DNA of 64,000 nucleotides. Origin: Gemmatimonadaceae bacterium (GTDB lineage: Bacteria > Gemmatimonadota > Gemmatimonadetes > Gemmatimonadales > Gemmatimonadaceae). Shown here piece after piece: positions 19,823 to 29,471 of this stretch (position 1 is the first letter of the stretch; each line of letters begins with the position of its first letter). The stretch spans positions 192,001-256,000 of the forward strand of contig JBJMOW010000004.1 in the NCBI GenBank assembly GCA_045803545.1, read 5' to 3'. The notes under the pieces are model-generated. The model was given only the letters and a program-made list of their open reading frames with translations, searched no databases and was not told the DNA's origin. The translations under genes and the position numbers were made by a program.

Positions 19823-20938
19823 ATGAGCATAAGCCACAACCTGGCATGGACCGCGACACGCGAGGACTACGAGCGCGAAGCGGCAGCGTTGTACGATGCG
19901 CTGCAAGCTCGCCAGGACTCGGCGCTGTGGAATTTCAAATGGATGCATCCGCATTTTCGCGGCAAGACCGTCACCGACGTCGATCCAACCATTCTCGACC
20001 TCGACGATGCGCGACTCGTCGTCGCCCATGAGTATGGGTTCCCGGCGTGGTTCAATCTCATGAAATTCGCGGACGACGTTGGACAGGACGGGCAGCCAGC
20101 ACAGTTCGAGCGTGCGGTCGACGCTGTCGTGTCAGGTGACATCGCTACGCTCAGAGCGATGATTGGCGATGATCCGCAGCTGGTTCATCGGAGATCGGCA
20201 CGCTTTCACCGCGCAACGCTGCTGCACTATATCGCGGCAAACGGAGTAGAAGGCGTCCGCCAGAAAACTCCTCCCAATGCCATGGAAGTCGCGCGGACGT
20301 TACTGGACGCCGGGGCGGATCCAGACGCGCTTGCGATGATGTACGACAACCTGTGCACCACGATGAGCATGCTGGTCTCCAGTGCGCACCCCGCCGGTGC
20401 CGGACTACAGGCAGATCTCGCCGAGCTGCTGTTGGATTACGGCGCAAAGCACAACGGGCCGGGATCAGAGTGGCAATCCGACATCATGACCGCGCTGGTG
20501 TTCGGATACTGGAAAACGGCGGACCGCTTGGCGAAGCGTGGTGCCCCGGCCGACAATCTTCCCACGGCTGCGGGACTCGGCCGCGTCGACGAAGCGACCC
20601 AGCTACTTCCGGCAGCGGATGCACGAAGCCGACATATCGCACTCGCGCTCGCCGCGCAGCACGGCCATGCCAACGTCGTACGAGTTCTGCTCGACGCGGG
20701 TGAGGACCCCAATCGATTCTGCCCGGAGGGGTTTCACTCCCACGCGACTCCGTTGCACAACGCGATTTCCGCCGGCCGGGATGACGTCGTCAAGCTGCTG
20801 CTGGATCGCGGGGCGCGCACGGACATCAGGGATACGATTTTCGACGGGACGCCGCTCGATTGGGCGGTCTACTGCAAGAAGCCGGAAATCGTCGAAGAAC
20901 TACGCAACCGCGGAGCTCCTACCAGCAACGCAGGGTAA
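19823..20938 (+). CDS. Ankyrin-repeat protein with N-terminal A.LVVA.EYGF..W module
   Basis: ATLLHY, ALALAAQHGH, ATPLHNA and GTPLDWA ankyrin motifs. Confidence 0.88.
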   Translation: MSISHNLAWTATREDYEREAAALYDALQARQDSALWNFKWMHPHFRGKTVTDVDPTILDLDDARLVVAHEYGFPAWFNLMKFADDVGQDGQPAQFERAVDAVVSGDIATLRAMIGDDPQLVHRRSARFHRATLLHYIAANGVEGVRQKTPPNAMEVARTLLDAGADPDALAMMYDNLCTTMSMLVSSAHPAGAGLQADLAELLLDYGAKHNGPGSEWQSDIMTALVFGYWKTADRLAKRGAPADNLPTAAGLGRVDEATQLLPAADARSRHIALALAAQHGHANVVRVLLDAGEDPNRFCPEGFHSHATPLHNAISAGRDDVVKLLLDRGARTDIRDTIFDGTPLDWAVYCKKPEIVEELRNRGAPTSNAG

Positions 20939-20987
20939 AGAGCCGTCGGGTAGACAGAGATTGGTCTGCATGGTACTGTGTAGTCCA

Positions 20988-21707
20988 ATGCGTTTTCTGC
21001 TACTTCTGGTCGCGTTTTTTTTCACCGCGACCGGCTGTTACGTACAGACAACCGCTCCTCAGCGCGACGCTGTCGCGGTCCAGTCTGAGAGTCGGTTCGA
21101 ATCCGAAATTCGCGCGTTTGAGGATGCCGATCGGGCCGAGCACCCCAAATCGGGTGGGGTCGTGTTCGTAGGCAGCTCGTCGATTCGCTTGTGGCCCGAC
21201 CTGCACGCCGATTTCCCGGGCATCAACGTGATCCAGCGTGGATTCGGCGGCTCGCGACTCGACGAGGTTGTGCACTACACACCACGGATTGTGCTTGCGT
21301 ATAAGCCGACCCTCATCGTCCTCTACGCAGGTGACAATGATTTGGCCGAGGGCAGAACACCGGAGCAAGTCTTCAACGACTACAAAGCGTTCGTAGCCAC
21401 AGTGCGGAAGGCGCTACCGGAAACGAGAATCGCGTACATCTCGATAAAGCCTAGTGGTGATCGTTGGGCACTGGTCGATGAAATGAGGGTGACGAATTCA
21501 ATGATTCAAGCGTACGCGGCTAGAGATTCCAAGCTCACCTACGTCGATGTGTTCACGTCGATGTTGGGAACGGACGGCAAGCCGCGCGAAGAGCTGTTCA
21601 GAGAAGATCGTCTGCATATGAACGACCGCGGCTATGCTATCTGGCGTGAGCTGCTGACTCCGATCGTGACTGTCGTAGCCGCGCAGCTACCGCAGCCGTC
21701 GCACTAA
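20988..21707 (+). CDS. SGNH/GDSL hydrolase, lipoprotein-like
   Basis: VFVGSSS, RGFGGS, YAGDND, DRLH blocks; start trimmed to ATG 20988. Confidence 0.9.
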   Translation: MRFLLLLVAFFFTATGCYVQTTAPQRDAVAVQSESRFESEIRAFEDADRAEHPKSGGVVFVGSSSIRLWPDLHADFPGINVIQRGFGGSRLDEVVHYTPRIVLAYKPTLIVLYAGDNDLAEGRTPEQVFNDYKAFVATVRKALPETRIAYISIKPSGDRWALVDEMRVTNSMIQAYAARDSKLTYVDVFTSMLGTDGKPREELFREDRLHMNDRGYAIWRELLTPIVTVVAAQLPQPSH

Positions 21708-22219
21708 TGGCCGCGCGCAAACCGAAGAAAGCGGCGGTGTTGAAGGAAGGCGACAAGCTTCCTCGCTTCTCCCTTCCCGCTGACGACGGCAGCGTAGTCA
21801 GCAGCGAATCTCTCAAGGGCCGAAGCACAGTCATCTACTTCTATCCCAAGGACGACACTACCGGATGCACGAAGGAAGCGTGCGATTTTCGGGATGCGTT
21901 TCCCCGTTTCAGCCAGACCGACGCGCGCATTATTGGAGTGAGCCCGGATAGCGTCGCATCGCACGTCAAATTCAAGGCGAAGTACGCTCTCCCCTTTCAG
22001 CTGCTCGCCGACGAAAAGCACTCTCTGGCGGACTCCTTCGGCGTATGGCAGGAGAAATCGATGTACGGCCGCAAATTCATGGGCGTCGAGCGCACCACTG
22101 TTATCGTCGATGCGGAGGGACGAATCGCCCGGATTTTCCCGAAGGTGAGCGTCGCCGGCCACGTCGCTGAAGTCGAAGACACGCTTCGCGAACTGGCCCG
22201 ATCCAACGCGACGGGATAG
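21707..22219 (+). CDS. bcp: Thioredoxin-dependent thiol peroxidase (BCP/PrxQ)
   Basis: YFYPKDDTTGCTKEACDFRD, GVSPD, GVERTT. Confidence 0.93.
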   Translation: MAARKPKKAAVLKEGDKLPRFSLPADDGSVVSSESLKGRSTVIYFYPKDDTTGCTKEACDFRDAFPRFSQTDARIIGVSPDSVASHVKFKAKYALPFQLLADEKHSLADSFGVWQEKSMYGRKFMGVERTTVIVDAEGRIARIFPKVSVAGHVAEVEDTLRELARSNATG

Positions 22220-22222
22220 TCG

Positions 22223-22732
22223 CTACTTGCTCGGCGAGAGTCCCGGCATCGGCTCGTCGGCGGTCGGACCGTAGATCGACGGCACCGGTACATCGATCAG
22301 ACGCAAATAGACGGTCAGCTGCCCGCGGTGGTGAACGAGGTGATTGATCGTCTGGCGTACGATCACGCCGCGCGGTGCACTGAAGAAGACCTGGTCGCCG
22401 CGTTTTAGCGACCACTTCACCGCGTAATCGGAGTCATTTGACTGCGCGATCGCCTGCCGTGCCTCCTTAACGTTCTTGTCGAAGCCCTTGAGAAGATCTT
22501 CCGTCTTCTCGTAGCTGTATCCGGGATAACCGCCCAGGTCGAGTGAGGTTTGTGTGACGGCGTTGGTGATCCAGCCCGGCATTCCCGCGACGAGCTGCGT
22601 GAGGTGGCCGAGCGAAAACGACTTGTCGTGTGGTTTCCACTTTGCTTTATCGGTCGGAACGCGCTCGATCACCCTTCGCGTCGTTGCCATCTCCTGATCG
22701 AACTCTGGAAGCAGTGTGTCAGCGATGCTCAT
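22223..22732 (-). CDS. DinB/YfiT family protein
   Basis: WKPHDKSFSLGHL, NHLVHHRGQLTVYLR...PSIYGP. Confidence 0.9.
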   Translation of the reverse strand: MSIADTLLPEFDQEMATTRRVIERVPTDKAKWKPHDKSFSLGHLTQLVAGMPGWITNAVTQTSLDLGGYPGYSYEKTEDLLKGFDKNVKEARQAIAQSNDSDYAVKWSLKRGDQVFFSAPRGVIVRQTINHLVHHRGQLTVYLRLIDVPVPSIYGPTADEPMPGLSPSK

Positions 22733-22869
22733 ACGATTCCCTCGATAGTCACCGGTTCGCGGCAACTAGTATCGCGCTCTGATCGTCGCGCGGCCAGCCT
22801 CACCCATTCATCCGATACCGGCTGGCCTTTCCCGGAGTGATTCATTCGGCGTCACTCATTGGGCCAAAC

Positions 22870-23799
22870 ATGTCAGCATCAGCGTCGGGCGCGGTCAGCG
22901 CTCTCTCGGAACTGTCTTCCCAGCTCGCCTCGGCCGTGCAAACTGCCGGTAATTCGATTGTGGCCATTCACGCGCGACGCCGTATTCCGTCGAGCGGCAT
23001 CATGTGGCGCGACGGAGTCGTGGTCAGCGCCAGCCACACGGTGCGCAGCGAGGGTGACATCTCAATCACGCTACCCAATGGTGATTCAGCGAAAGCAACG
23101 ATTGCCGGACGAGACTCCGCAACGGATCTGATCGTGCTCCGCATCAAGGGCAACGCGACTGTGAAAGCAGCGCCGCGAGGAGATTACAGCTCGCTGAGAG
23201 TCGGTACGCTGGTGCTCGCCGTCGGGCGACCGGGCAAAAATGTGTCGGCGAGTTTCGGGATCGTGAGCGCTGTCGGCGAAGGATGGCGCACCTGGCAGGG
23301 CGCGCGCATCGATCGCGTGCTTCGTCTGGATCTCGCGGTTTATGATGGCTTCTCCGGCGGGCCGCTTGTCGACGCGGGTGGAGGGGTGGTCGCAATCAAC
23401 AATTCGGCTCTCGCACGTGGAACTCCACTGGCTTTGCCGGCGCAGGCAGTTGACCGGGTAGTCGAGGAATTGCTCGAGCGAGGGCACGTACGCAGGCCGT
23501 TCATTGGAGTGGCGGTACAGCCAGTCGCGCTTTCGGCTGCGCTCTCCAAACAGCACCAGATCTCCGGCGACAGTGGCTTGATGATTGTTTCGATTGCCGA
23601 CAACTCACCGGCGGAGAAAGGCGGCATCCTGCTCGGAGATTTGTTGCTGGAAGCGGGTGGCCATCGGCTGTCGCGTCCTGATGACCTGTTGGATGCCTTG
23701 GCGGCGAAACAGGATGCGCCGGTAAGTCTCAAGGTTCTGCGCGGTGGTGTTCTCAAGACGATCTCAATTACCCCTGCCGATCGAGGTGAGCGGGAATGA
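22870..23799 (+). CDS. S1C (HtrA-like) serine protease with PDZ domain
   Basis: SASH, TDL and GFSGGP triad; C-terminal PDZ (FIGV...SPAEKGG). Confidence 0.88.
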   Translation: MSASASGAVSALSELSSQLASAVQTAGNSIVAIHARRRIPSSGIMWRDGVVVSASHTVRSEGDISITLPNGDSAKATIAGRDSATDLIVLRIKGNATVKAAPRGDYSSLRVGTLVLAVGRPGKNVSASFGIVSAVGEGWRTWQGARIDRVLRLDLAVYDGFSGGPLVDAGGGVVAINNSALARGTPLALPAQAVDRVVEELLERGHVRRPFIGVAVQPVALSAALSKQHQISGDSGLMIVSIADNSPAEKGGILLGDLLLEAGGHRLSRPDDLLDALAAKQDAPVSLKVLRGGVLKTISITPADRGERE

Positions 23800-24392
23800 A
23801 CTCGGCAATTTTTGGCTCGGCGCGAGCAGCATCATCGAACCTCAACGGCCTCGCCGAGCTGTTGCGCGAAGCAGTCGTCGAAGTGCGGAGCGGTGAGCTG
23901 GGGAGCGGCACTGGAATCATCTGGGGCGGCGCGGGTCTCATCGTTACCAATGCGCATTGTGTCAGACGTGGATCCTCACTCGAAGTCGATGCCAACGGCA
24001 AGTGGCGCGAAGCGAGCGCACTCGCGTACCATCCTCAGCATGATCTGGCGCTCATCGCCGCTCCATCGGTCGCCGGCCCGATGCTGGAGCTGCGCGATCC
24101 AGAGTCGCTCCGCGCGGGCGAGCTCGTTTTCGCCCATGGACACCCACTTGGCGTTCGCGATGCGCTGGCAATGGGTGTCATTCATACAGTCGCCCGCGAC
24201 CGGTCGAAATCGCCACGCTGGATTGTCGCCGATGTCCGTCTTGCTCCCGGCAACTCGGGTGGCCCGCTCGTTGACGCCGAAGGCCGCCTGGTTGGGATCA
24301 ACAGCATGGTCGTCAATGGACTTGGCGTCGCGATTCCCTCGACGCTGGTTCAGCAATTCGTCGAGCGCGCGCTCGCCCAGCGAGCAGCCTGA
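23796..24392 (+). CDS. Trypsin-like S1C serine protease, no PDZ
   Basis: TNAHCV, DLAL, PGNSGGP; ATGA overlap. Confidence 0.88.
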   Translation: MNSAIFGSARAASSNLNGLAELLREAVVEVRSGELGSGTGIIWGGAGLIVTNAHCVRRGSSLEVDANGKWREASALAYHPQHDLALIAAPSVAGPMLELRDPESLRAGELVFAHGHPLGVRDALAMGVIHTVARDRSKSPRWIVADVRLAPGNSGGPLVDAEGRLVGINSMVVNGLGVAIPSTLVQQFVERALAQRAA

Positions 24393-24407
24393 CCGCAACG
24401 CGCGCCG

Positions 24408-24812
24408 ATGACGCGCGTTGCCATCGTCGCGCCGACTCAGAAACTGGGCGCATCGATCGCGGCGGCGCTGCGCTCGAGCGAGGAATTCGAGATCGTCGGC
24501 GTCGGCAATTCCAGCGCGGAGGTGCCGCCCGGCACCGAACTGGTGCTAATCGCGCGCGTGGCGCCGTCCGGAACGCCGCGCGTGAGCAATCGCATCGCGA
24601 ACGACACTGGCTCGACGACCCTCAGCCGCCGCGAGCAGGAAATTCTCGCGCTCCTTGCCGATGGCCTCGTCAACAAGCAGATCGCGGCGCGCCTGGGGAT
24701 CTCGACCAACACTGTAAAAACCCATCTCGAGCTGTTGTTCGAGAAGCTCGGGGTGGCGACGCGCGCTGAAGCTGTCGCCACGGGAGTCAGGCGCGGCTTA
24801 CTTCTGCTCTGA
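24408..24812 (+). CDS. LuxR-type HTH regulator with degenerate receiver-like N-terminus
   Basis: LSRREQEILALLADGLVNKQIAARLGISTNTVKTH. Confidence 0.88.
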   Translation: MTRVAIVAPTQKLGASIAAALRSSEEFEIVGVGNSSAEVPPGTELVLIARVAPSGTPRVSNRIANDTGSTTLSRREQEILALLADGLVNKQIAARLGISTNTVKTHLELLFEKLGVATRAEAVATGVRRGLLLL

Positions 24813-24903
24813 GCAGACGGGCCTGACAATCCCATTACACGCTTGATTGGACGGGTTTTCCGCCCCAATGTATGGCCAACGTTGATGCGACGAGGACGCT
24901 GGG

Positions 24904-25329
24904 ATGCCCGAAGGCCCAATCGAACAACAGCTGCTCGATCTGGAGAAGCAATACTGGACGGCGATCAAGGAACGGAATGTACAATCAGCGATGAGGCTGA
25001 CCGACGATCCCTGTATCATCGTTGGCGCGTCCGGTGTTGCTCGCATCAGCCAGGACACTTTCGGCAAGATGCTGCAGGCTGGCGGCTGGACGCTCCACGA
25101 ATTCACTTTGTCCGACGTTCAGATACGGCTCGTGTCAGACGATGCGGCCGTTATCGCGTACAAAGTGAAAGAGCTGCTCACTGTAGACGGCAAGCCGATC
25201 ACGGTCGAAGCTTCGGACTCGTCGACCTGGGTTCGTCGCGAGGGTCAGTGGGTGTGCTCGATGCACACCGAGGCGCTGGTCGGCGATCCATTCGGGCGCG
25301 ACAAGCAGCCGATGCCAAGGAAGCCATAA
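24904..25329 (+). CDS. NTF2-like / DUF4440 protein
   Basis: GAGG SD; DAAVIAYKV...SSTWVRREGQWVCSMHTE. Confidence 0.82.
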   Translation: MPEGPIEQQLLDLEKQYWTAIKERNVQSAMRLTDDPCIIVGASGVARISQDTFGKMLQAGGWTLHEFTLSDVQIRLVSDDAAVIAYKVKELLTVDGKPITVEASDSSTWVRREGQWVCSMHTEALVGDPFGRDKQPMPRKP

Positions 25330-25345
25330 CCGGGAGCGAAACCTG

Positions 25346-25855
25346 GTGACGATCATCCGACATTTCGTCGCGATCCTCTTGCTGCCGTTCGTGGTAACGG
25401 TACTCATACCGCGCTGGCTGATCGACGCGTTTGCGTCGTCTGATACTCGATGGATCGACGGCACATTCACCGCAACGTTTGGTCATCTCGCGGGGATGTT
25501 GATACTGCTGTTTGGAATCTCGCTCTTCATCTGGTGCGTCACGCTCTTCGCGAGCATTGGGCGCGGTACTTTGGCGCCCTGGGATCCAACCAGACACCTC
25601 GTGGTGGTCGGGCCGTATCGCTTCGTACGCAATCCGATGATCAGCGCGGTCCTCATCATTCTGATCGGTGAATCACTCTTCCTTGGCTCGCGCGTGATCG
25701 CGCTGTGGGCAGTCGTGTTCTTCTTCGTAAACGTGATTTACTTCAGGCTACTGGAGGAACCTGGACTCGACAGACGGTTTGGCGACGAATATCGCCGCTA
25801 TAAGGCCGCTGTTCCGCGGTGGATTCCGCGCCCAACGCCCTGGAAGAACGCCTGA
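25346..25855 (+). CDS. Isoprenylcysteine carboxylmethyltransferase / PEMT family membrane protein
   Basis: GRGTLAPWDP, LVVVGPYRFVRNPM, EEPGL..RFG.EY..Y...VPRWIP. Confidence 0.88.
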   Translation: MTIIRHFVAILLLPFVVTVLIPRWLIDAFASSDTRWIDGTFTATFGHLAGMLILLFGISLFIWCVTLFASIGRGTLAPWDPTRHLVVVGPYRFVRNPMISAVLIILIGESLFLGSRVIALWAVVFFFVNVIYFRLLEEPGLDRRFGDEYRRYKAAVPRWIPRPTPWKNA

Positions 25856-25923
25856 TTCTCCACCAACGCTAGCGGTGCGCGCACGGAACTTGATTGCAAT
25901 CCGGACAAATCAGCCCTGAAACC

Positions 25924-26358
25924 ATGACCGCATCGACCAGAACAGAGATTCGAACAGACCGGTTGCCGCCCGACATTCTCAGAACGATCATCGCCGCGCT
26001 GATTGCGTTGCTGACGATCGCCGGCTGGCTGAACGTGTTCGTGAAGCCGCCGTTGCGCGCCGCGCTGGTTTTCCAGACGAGAGCCTGGTGGTGGATCGAG
26101 CAGATCATCAGCGTTCTGCTGGCGATTCTTTGCATCGGGATCATCATGCGCAAGCGGTCGGTCCTGAACGCCGCGTTCTGGTTGACGATCTACTCGCTGG
26201 CCTTCGACATCGTGCGCTGGTTTTTCGCGTTCAAGGAGGGGCAACTGAATGTCCCGGTTGCGCTGATCCTTTACCTCCTCTTCGCCTGGCGACTTTGGGT
26301 TGCCCGCCGACAAGTTGTGCTCATCGACGACGCAGGAACGGTTCAGGCGACAGGTTAG
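25924..26358 (+). CDS. Hypothetical 4-TM membrane protein
   Basis: Hydrophobic helices; codon usage like the neighbouring genes. Confidence 0.65.
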   Translation: MTASTRTEIRTDRLPPDILRTIIAALIALLTIAGWLNVFVKPPLRAALVFQTRAWWWIEQIISVLLAILCIGIIMRKRSVLNAAFWLTIYSLAFDIVRWFFAFKEGQLNVPVALILYLLFAWRLWVARRQVVLIDDAGTVQATG

Positions 26359-26482
26359 CGGGTCTGGGGCTCCGCGGTGGCGTAGCGCGTGCACCGGAGG
26401 TAAATAATTACTGTGGCCCTCAAGTGGGTGCCCTACGTTCTGCGCCGCATCGTTTAAACAGTTTCGGGTGTCCAATCCGGGT

Positions 26483-28234
26483 ATGAGGCGGCTCCTCACC
26501 CGACTGATTGCAGTGTGCGCATCCCTTATGGTGATGCTCTCTCCCGCAGGCAGTCGCGCTCAGCAACAGTTGGTGAAAGCATCATCATCTGACGACGAGC
26601 AGCCGAGGGTCGACTCAGCGGACATTGTCGATCACGCCAAAGGTCTGCAAGTGAGCTTCGAGATCCGCAGGCGGCGCATGTTGCCGCGCTTCTACATTGG
26701 AGGCGTCGATCAGAATCACTGCCTGATTGTGGGGCGGTTCTGCGAATGGCATCCCAACCTCAAGGATTACACGATTCCCGAAGAGGGACGGGATATCGTA
26801 AAGGCTCGCAAAGAGCTGCTTCGCGATCTCGAGCGTGCATCAACGCTGATTCCCGGCGACGACTGGATCATGGGACAACGGATCCGCTACCTGCTCGAGA
26901 CCCGTGACACGAGCACCATCGCCCTCGCTCGCTCGTGTCGCGCGTCCAAATGGTGGTGTGATGCGCTACTCGGCTTCGCTCTTCACGTATCCGGCAATTA
27001 TGTGGAGGCAGACAGCGCCTACTCACACGCGCTCGACGAGATGCCGTCATCGCTGCGCTGTCACTGGATGAATCTGAGCCCGCTACTCGACGACGACATT
27101 CGTGGTACTTATCACAAGATGTCGTGCGCGCAGCGTGAGGCGACCGACGCGCGCATCTGGTGGGTATCCGATCCGCTGTACATGATGCCCGGCAACGAGC
27201 GCCGCACTGAGCACTACTCGCGGATTCTCTACACCATGTTGCAGCAGACGTCGGCCAATACCTACGGCTCGACGTGGGGTGGCGATCTCGCCGAGCTGAT
27301 TCTGCGATTCGGCTGGGCTGAGAAGTGGACGCAGGAGCCGAGTCAGAGTTTGTATGCTGACTCGAAACCAGCCATCACAGGGCACGAACGCGAGCCCGGC
27401 TATCATTTTTTCCTGACTCAGCGGCCGCCGGATAGCCTGGCACAGATCGTCGATTCGGTGTTCGACATTTTTCAGTTTCCGCCGCGCGAGCAGTACTCGC
27501 CCGCTTATACGAATGGGTTCGTGAGGCTCGATGCGCAGGTAGCGCGTTTCCGCCGCGGTGATTCCACGAAGATAGTCGCCGCGTTCGACGTCACAGCTGA
27601 CACGATCTTTGGCCAGCACAAATTCGCGGCCGCGGTAGTGGCGATGGGTGATGAAGCGACGACACCGTCGATGACGCGGTTGAACGAGTCTCCGATGAAG
27701 AACGTGTTGACAGTCATGACGCCGTGGCGCGAACAACTAATCGGCGTCGAGCTGCTGGCGAAGGACAGCACTGCGGCAGCGCGCTGGCGCTCGGGTTTCG
27801 CGGAGATACCTCTCGACTCAGGCAAGATCAGTGTGTCGGATCTTTTGTTGGTGGATGGAGCGCCGTCACTGCCGACGAACCTGGACGAAGCGATCGGACG
27901 CGCCCACGGTGGAACGAAATTCAGGCGCAACGTTCAGGTGGGACTGTTCTGGGAGCTATACGGCAGCACTCCTGCCGATAGCGCTCTACCGGTGACGCTG
28001 ACAATCACTCCGGTAGATGAAAGCCTGCTGCGGCGTGCTTTCCGCGTCCTGCGTATCGCGCCCAGGTCCCAGCCGCTCAACATTCGCTGGCAGGAGAATG
28101 GCGCCGCCGGCGTCATGTCTCCACGCTCAGTAGTCCTCGACCTCTCCGCGGTCCCAGCCGGCAAGTACGCCATCAAGCTGGAGGTCGGGACGGCCCACGG
28201 CAGCTCTACGACGCGCGTTATCGAGGTGAAGTAG
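26483..28234 (+). CDS. Secreted protein with TPR-like region and a degenerate GWxTD-like domain
   Basis: Signal peptide; WWVSDPLY..PGNERRTEHYSR...ELILRFGW resembles the GWxTD-domain pattern. Confidence 0.7.
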   Translation: MRRLLTRLIAVCASLMVMLSPAGSRAQQQLVKASSSDDEQPRVDSADIVDHAKGLQVSFEIRRRRMLPRFYIGGVDQNHCLIVGRFCEWHPNLKDYTIPEEGRDIVKARKELLRDLERASTLIPGDDWIMGQRIRYLLETRDTSTIALARSCRASKWWCDALLGFALHVSGNYVEADSAYSHALDEMPSSLRCHWMNLSPLLDDDIRGTYHKMSCAQREATDARIWWVSDPLYMMPGNERRTEHYSRILYTMLQQTSANTYGSTWGGDLAELILRFGWAEKWTQEPSQSLYADSKPAITGHEREPGYHFFLTQRPPDSLAQIVDSVFDIFQFPPREQYSPAYTNGFVRLDAQVARFRRGDSTKIVAAFDVTADTIFGQHKFAAAVVAMGDEATTPSMTRLNESPMKNVLTVMTPWREQLIGVELLAKDSTAAARWRSGFAEIPLDSGKISVSDLLLVDGAPSLPTNLDEAIGRAHGGTKFRRNVQVGLFWELYGSTPADSALPVTLTITPVDESLLRRAFRVLRIAPRSQPLNIRWQENGAAGVMSPRSVVLDLSAVPAGKYAIKLEVGTAHGSSTTRVIEVK

Positions 28235-29471
28235 CGCGGAGCTCCCTCAAGCGCTGCGCGATAAATCTCTTTTCGGGCTCCTGCTTCGCCAGCGCTAGTG
28301 CGCGCTCGTAGCTGACGATCGAATCGTCGGTTTGTCCGAGCCGCCGGCAGAGATCAGCGCGCGCGACGTGCGCAGGCAAGTAGTCGGTCAAGTCTCCCCT
28401 GACGAGAATTGCATTGATCAGAGCCAGACCGGCCGCGGGACCACTGTTCATTGCGACCGCGGCTGCACGATTCAGCTCGATGACCGGCGACGGGTCCGCG
28501 AGCATGAGCACGTCGTATAACGCCACGATCTGCGCCCAATCCGTGGAAGCTGCACTCGTCGCATCGGCGTGGACCGCCGCAATCGCCGCCTGCAAGGTGT
28601 AAGGGCCGAAGCGTCGCGACTGCAGCGCTCGCTCTACGAGCTGCGCCCCTTCGTCGATTTGCGCGCGATTCCATAGCGAGCGATTCTGGTGCTCGAGCAG
28701 AATCAGCTCCCCAGAGCTGGTTGTACGTGCCGCCCGGCGCGCGTCGAGCAGCAGCATCAACGCAAGCAAGCCGACTGCCTCAGGCTCCGGCAGGAGCTCG
28801 ACAAGTATCCGGCCGAGTCTGATGGCTTCGCTGGAGAGATCCGAGCGAGTCAGCGAGCCGCCACTCGATGCGTAGTAGCCTTCGTTGAAGACGAGGTAGA
28901 TGACGTGCAGCACGGTGTCCAGCCGCTCCGGCAGCTCGCTGCGCGCGGGAACCTCGTATGGGATTCGCGCATCGCGGATCTTGGCTTTGGCGCGAACGAT
29001 CCGTTGGGCCAGTGTCGGAGGAGGTGTGAGAAAAGCGTGCGCGACTTCTTCCGTTGTGAGACCGCACACCTCGCGGAGCGTGAGTCCAATCTGAGCATCG
29101 GGATTCAGCGCCGGGTGACAGCAAGTGAAGATCAGTCGCAGCCTGTCATCCTCGACGCCTGTCTCGTCGTATTCAGGCACGTTCATTTCGGGTACCTCCG
29201 GCGTCGACGCATCGATCGAGTCGAACCGCGCCGTCCGACGGGCTCGATCGATCGCCTTGAATCGCCCCGTCGAGATGAGCCACGACCGCGGGTTTGACGG
29301 GATTCCATCTTCCGTCCACTGCTCTACCGCCGCGGCGAATGCATCCTGCATTGCTTCCTCGGCGGTATCGAAATCGCCGAGCAGACGGATGAGCGTCGCC
29401 AACACGCGTCGCGACTCCGATCGGTAGATCGCATCGACCTCGTCGCGAACGCGCGCCGGCTCCGGTGTCAC
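28218..29471 (-). CDS. ECF sigma factor, ECF42 type, with C-terminal TPR extension
   Basis: AEEAMQDAF, DDRLRLIFTCCHPAL, IYLVFNEGY, GPYTLQAAIAAVH; directly downstream of a DGPF gene. Confidence 0.92.
   Translation of the reverse strand: MTPEPARVRDEVDAIYRSESRRVLATLIRLLGDFDTAEEAMQDAFAAAVEQWTEDGIPSNPRSWLISTGRFKAIDRARRTARFDSIDASTPEVPEMNVPEYDETGVEDDRLRLIFTCCHPALNPDAQIGLTLREVCGLTTEEVAHAFLTPPPTLAQRIVRAKAKIRDARIPYEVPARSELPERLDTVLHVIYLVFNEGYYASSGGSLTRSDLSSEAIRLGRILVELLPEPEAVGLLALMLLLDARRAARTTSSGELILLEHQNRSLWNRAQIDEGAQLVERALQSRRFGPYTLQAAIAAVHADATSAASTDWAQIVALYDVLMLADPSPVIELNRAAAVAMNSGPAAGLALINAILVRGDLTDYLPAHVARADLCRRLGQTDDSIVSYERALALAKQEPEKRFIAQRLRELRATSPR

Noticed and set aside
20538..20987. Long N-terminal extension of the GDSL ORF (also extensions on 2549-2917, 15531-16172, 31625-32746, 40322-41356, 56504-57493)
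   Set aside because: These come from taking the most upstream start. They overlap real genes or lack support, and downstream starts give proper signal peptides or family N-termini.
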